DNA from: Nageia nagi
Taxonomy: Eukaryota > Plantae > Pinophyta
Assembly: GCA_050084985.1 (NCBI GenBank)
Contig: JBITNC010000001.1
Span: 190,402,001 to 190,466,000, forward strand
Direction of reading: 5' to 3'
DNA length: 64,000 nt
Shown here one piece after another: positions 62,240 to 64,000 of the stretch. The number at the start of each line of letters is the position of its first letter. Positions within the stretch are counted from its first letter, which is position 1. The notes beneath the pieces are model-generated. The model was not told the origin of the DNA. It saw nothing but the letters and a program-made list of their open reading frames with translations, and did no database searches. The position numbers and the translations under genes were made by a program.

Positions 62240-63050
62240 AAACATCATATTAGGACTTTAATAAAATTCATGTCAAAATAAATTCATTAAACTCTAGCTA
62301 AAGGCATAAGGAGAAATATTAGACTAGTCTCCTTAAAATATCATCAAATATATAATACAATTTGTACATGCAAATTTCCACCCCTACATCTAAATAAAAG
62401 GAGAATAACAAAATAAAATCCCACTCCTTTAATTTTTAAATAAAAGGACATGGTACCAACCTTTAAATAAAATAACCAATATGTCTCTTCAAAGGGTACA
62501 AAACTTCTAACAATAATTAATTCTATAAAATTTTATCAAACATTATGATAAACATCATATTAAAACTTTAATAAAATTCATGTTAAAATAAATTTATTAA
62601 ACTTTAGCTAAAGGCATAAGGAGAAATATTTGACTAGTCTCCTTAAAATATCATAAAATATATAATACAATTTGTATGTAAAATTTTCCACCCCTACATC
62701 TAAATAAAAAGAAAATAACAAAAGAAAATATTACTTCTTTATTTTTTAAAGAAAAAGACATGGTACCAACCTTTAAATAAAATAACCACTATCTGTTCAA
62801 ATGGTACAACATTTCTCATAATAATTAATTCTATAAAATTTTATCAAAAATTATAATAAATATTATATTAGGAATTTAATAAAATTCATGTCAAAATAAA
62901 TTCATTAAATTCTAGCTAAATGCATAAGAAGAAATATTTGACTAGTTTTCTTAGAATATCATAAAATATATCATACAATTTGTATGTGAAATTTTCCACC
63001 CTTACATCTAAATAAAGGGAGAATAACAAAAGAAAATTCCACTTCTTTAC
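62240..63050. repeat. ~310-bp tandem repeat, about 2.6 copies
   Basis: AATAAAATTCATGTCAAAATAAATTCATTAA...GCATAAGGAGAAATATT.GACTAGT recurs in units starting at ~62240, ~62550 and ~62859. Confidence 0.92.
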
Positions 63051-64000
63051 TTTCATACAACTTATTAAATACCTCAAAAATATGACTAATTTAATTAGGC
63101 AAAAAGAATGTAAAATAATGCATCTTGACTTGAAAAGGGAAGAGAGACTTCTTTTCTTCACGTAACTCTACACCCAAGCTTGAGAATAACAAGAATGAAA
63201 TAATAAAATATAAGTAGGTAGGTATTTTTCTAATGCTCTAATCCTTTATTTATAGCTAAAGGTGTTCAAATGTGTCCAAATGGATGTATCCTTACACCTT
63301 TAATAATTTTTGGGGTAGGTTTTCTTAAAGTTGTTGATGATTGAAATGGTATTAAATACCTCAAAACTTTTTTTATTAATTGAAAAATTAGTGCCAAATA
63401 TTATCCATACTTAACACAAGAAAATAAAACAAAGTAGGGTCATTAATCCATTATTTTCCTACCCATTAAATATCTTGTAACACCATAAGGTGACCTTAGT
63501 CTTTTTCTAATAGTGTTCTTACTAGTAGCCCTATTTGGCAATAATATAGACACTCATATTCAACTTTTACCTCATTAAATTTATGTTTCTAACCTTATAT
63601 AAATTTTTAGATTTAAATAAGGTATATTCATTTTTTCCCTTCATTTCAAAATTTAAATTTCAAAAATACCAAACAAGGGAAAGCATATCTTTACCTACGA
63701 TAATCACCTCATCTTGTAGGGTAAGATTAATCCGAACACATTGGCAAACACAATTTCATTGATAAATTGATAGTCATAAAAATTATTCTATATGCAACTA
63801 AATGATTTATGATGGTCATAGGATGTGTTAGCAATTAAACCCCTATCATTTCCTTCTCTTACCCTTCTGTTCCTATCACCAATTCACCATTAGTTCATTG
63901 GGTCTTCAATTTCTCCTTTCATCTTCTAGTAACCTATTACCTACATTATAAAATATTGAAGCTAGAATCAACTTGATACAAATAATATAAATTTTCATTT

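Overview
This is AT-rich, strongly CpG-depleted DNA that looks like heterochromatin from a large plant genome. A gymnosperm is plausible, but that is inferred only from element types and decay pattern. I found no intact host gene, RNA gene or CRISPR array. About 60 kb resolves into old, nested and degenerate transposons, most with readable boundaries and target-site duplications (TSDs). Nest 1: Tat-type Ty3/gypsy element A (1-~30880, pol plus an antisense plant-mobile-domain ORF) is interrupted by a Sirevirus-like Ty1/copia B (8400-29318, TSD CATTT). B contains a small non-autonomous LTR element C (13354-17135, minus, TSD TAAAG) and a full-length Tat element E (17835-26103, TSD TATAT). One LTR of C carries a 976-bp TIR element D with GRG...CYC ends and a 4-bp TSD, the Sola2 signature. 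Nest 2: a gag-bearing unit F (from ~30880) is followed by an unrecognised, apparently spliced dead gene. It is interrupted by a gag-only LTR element G (32238-35908, TSD ATCAT) and a minus-strand copia H (38294-59065). H contains an Athila-like gypsy I (40831-55442, TSD ACATG) with a long extra ORF between two PPT copies. The last ~4.5 kb holds 21-bp and ~310-bp tandem repeats in unclassified sequence. Coordinates and translations were read by eye; no searches or alignments were run.
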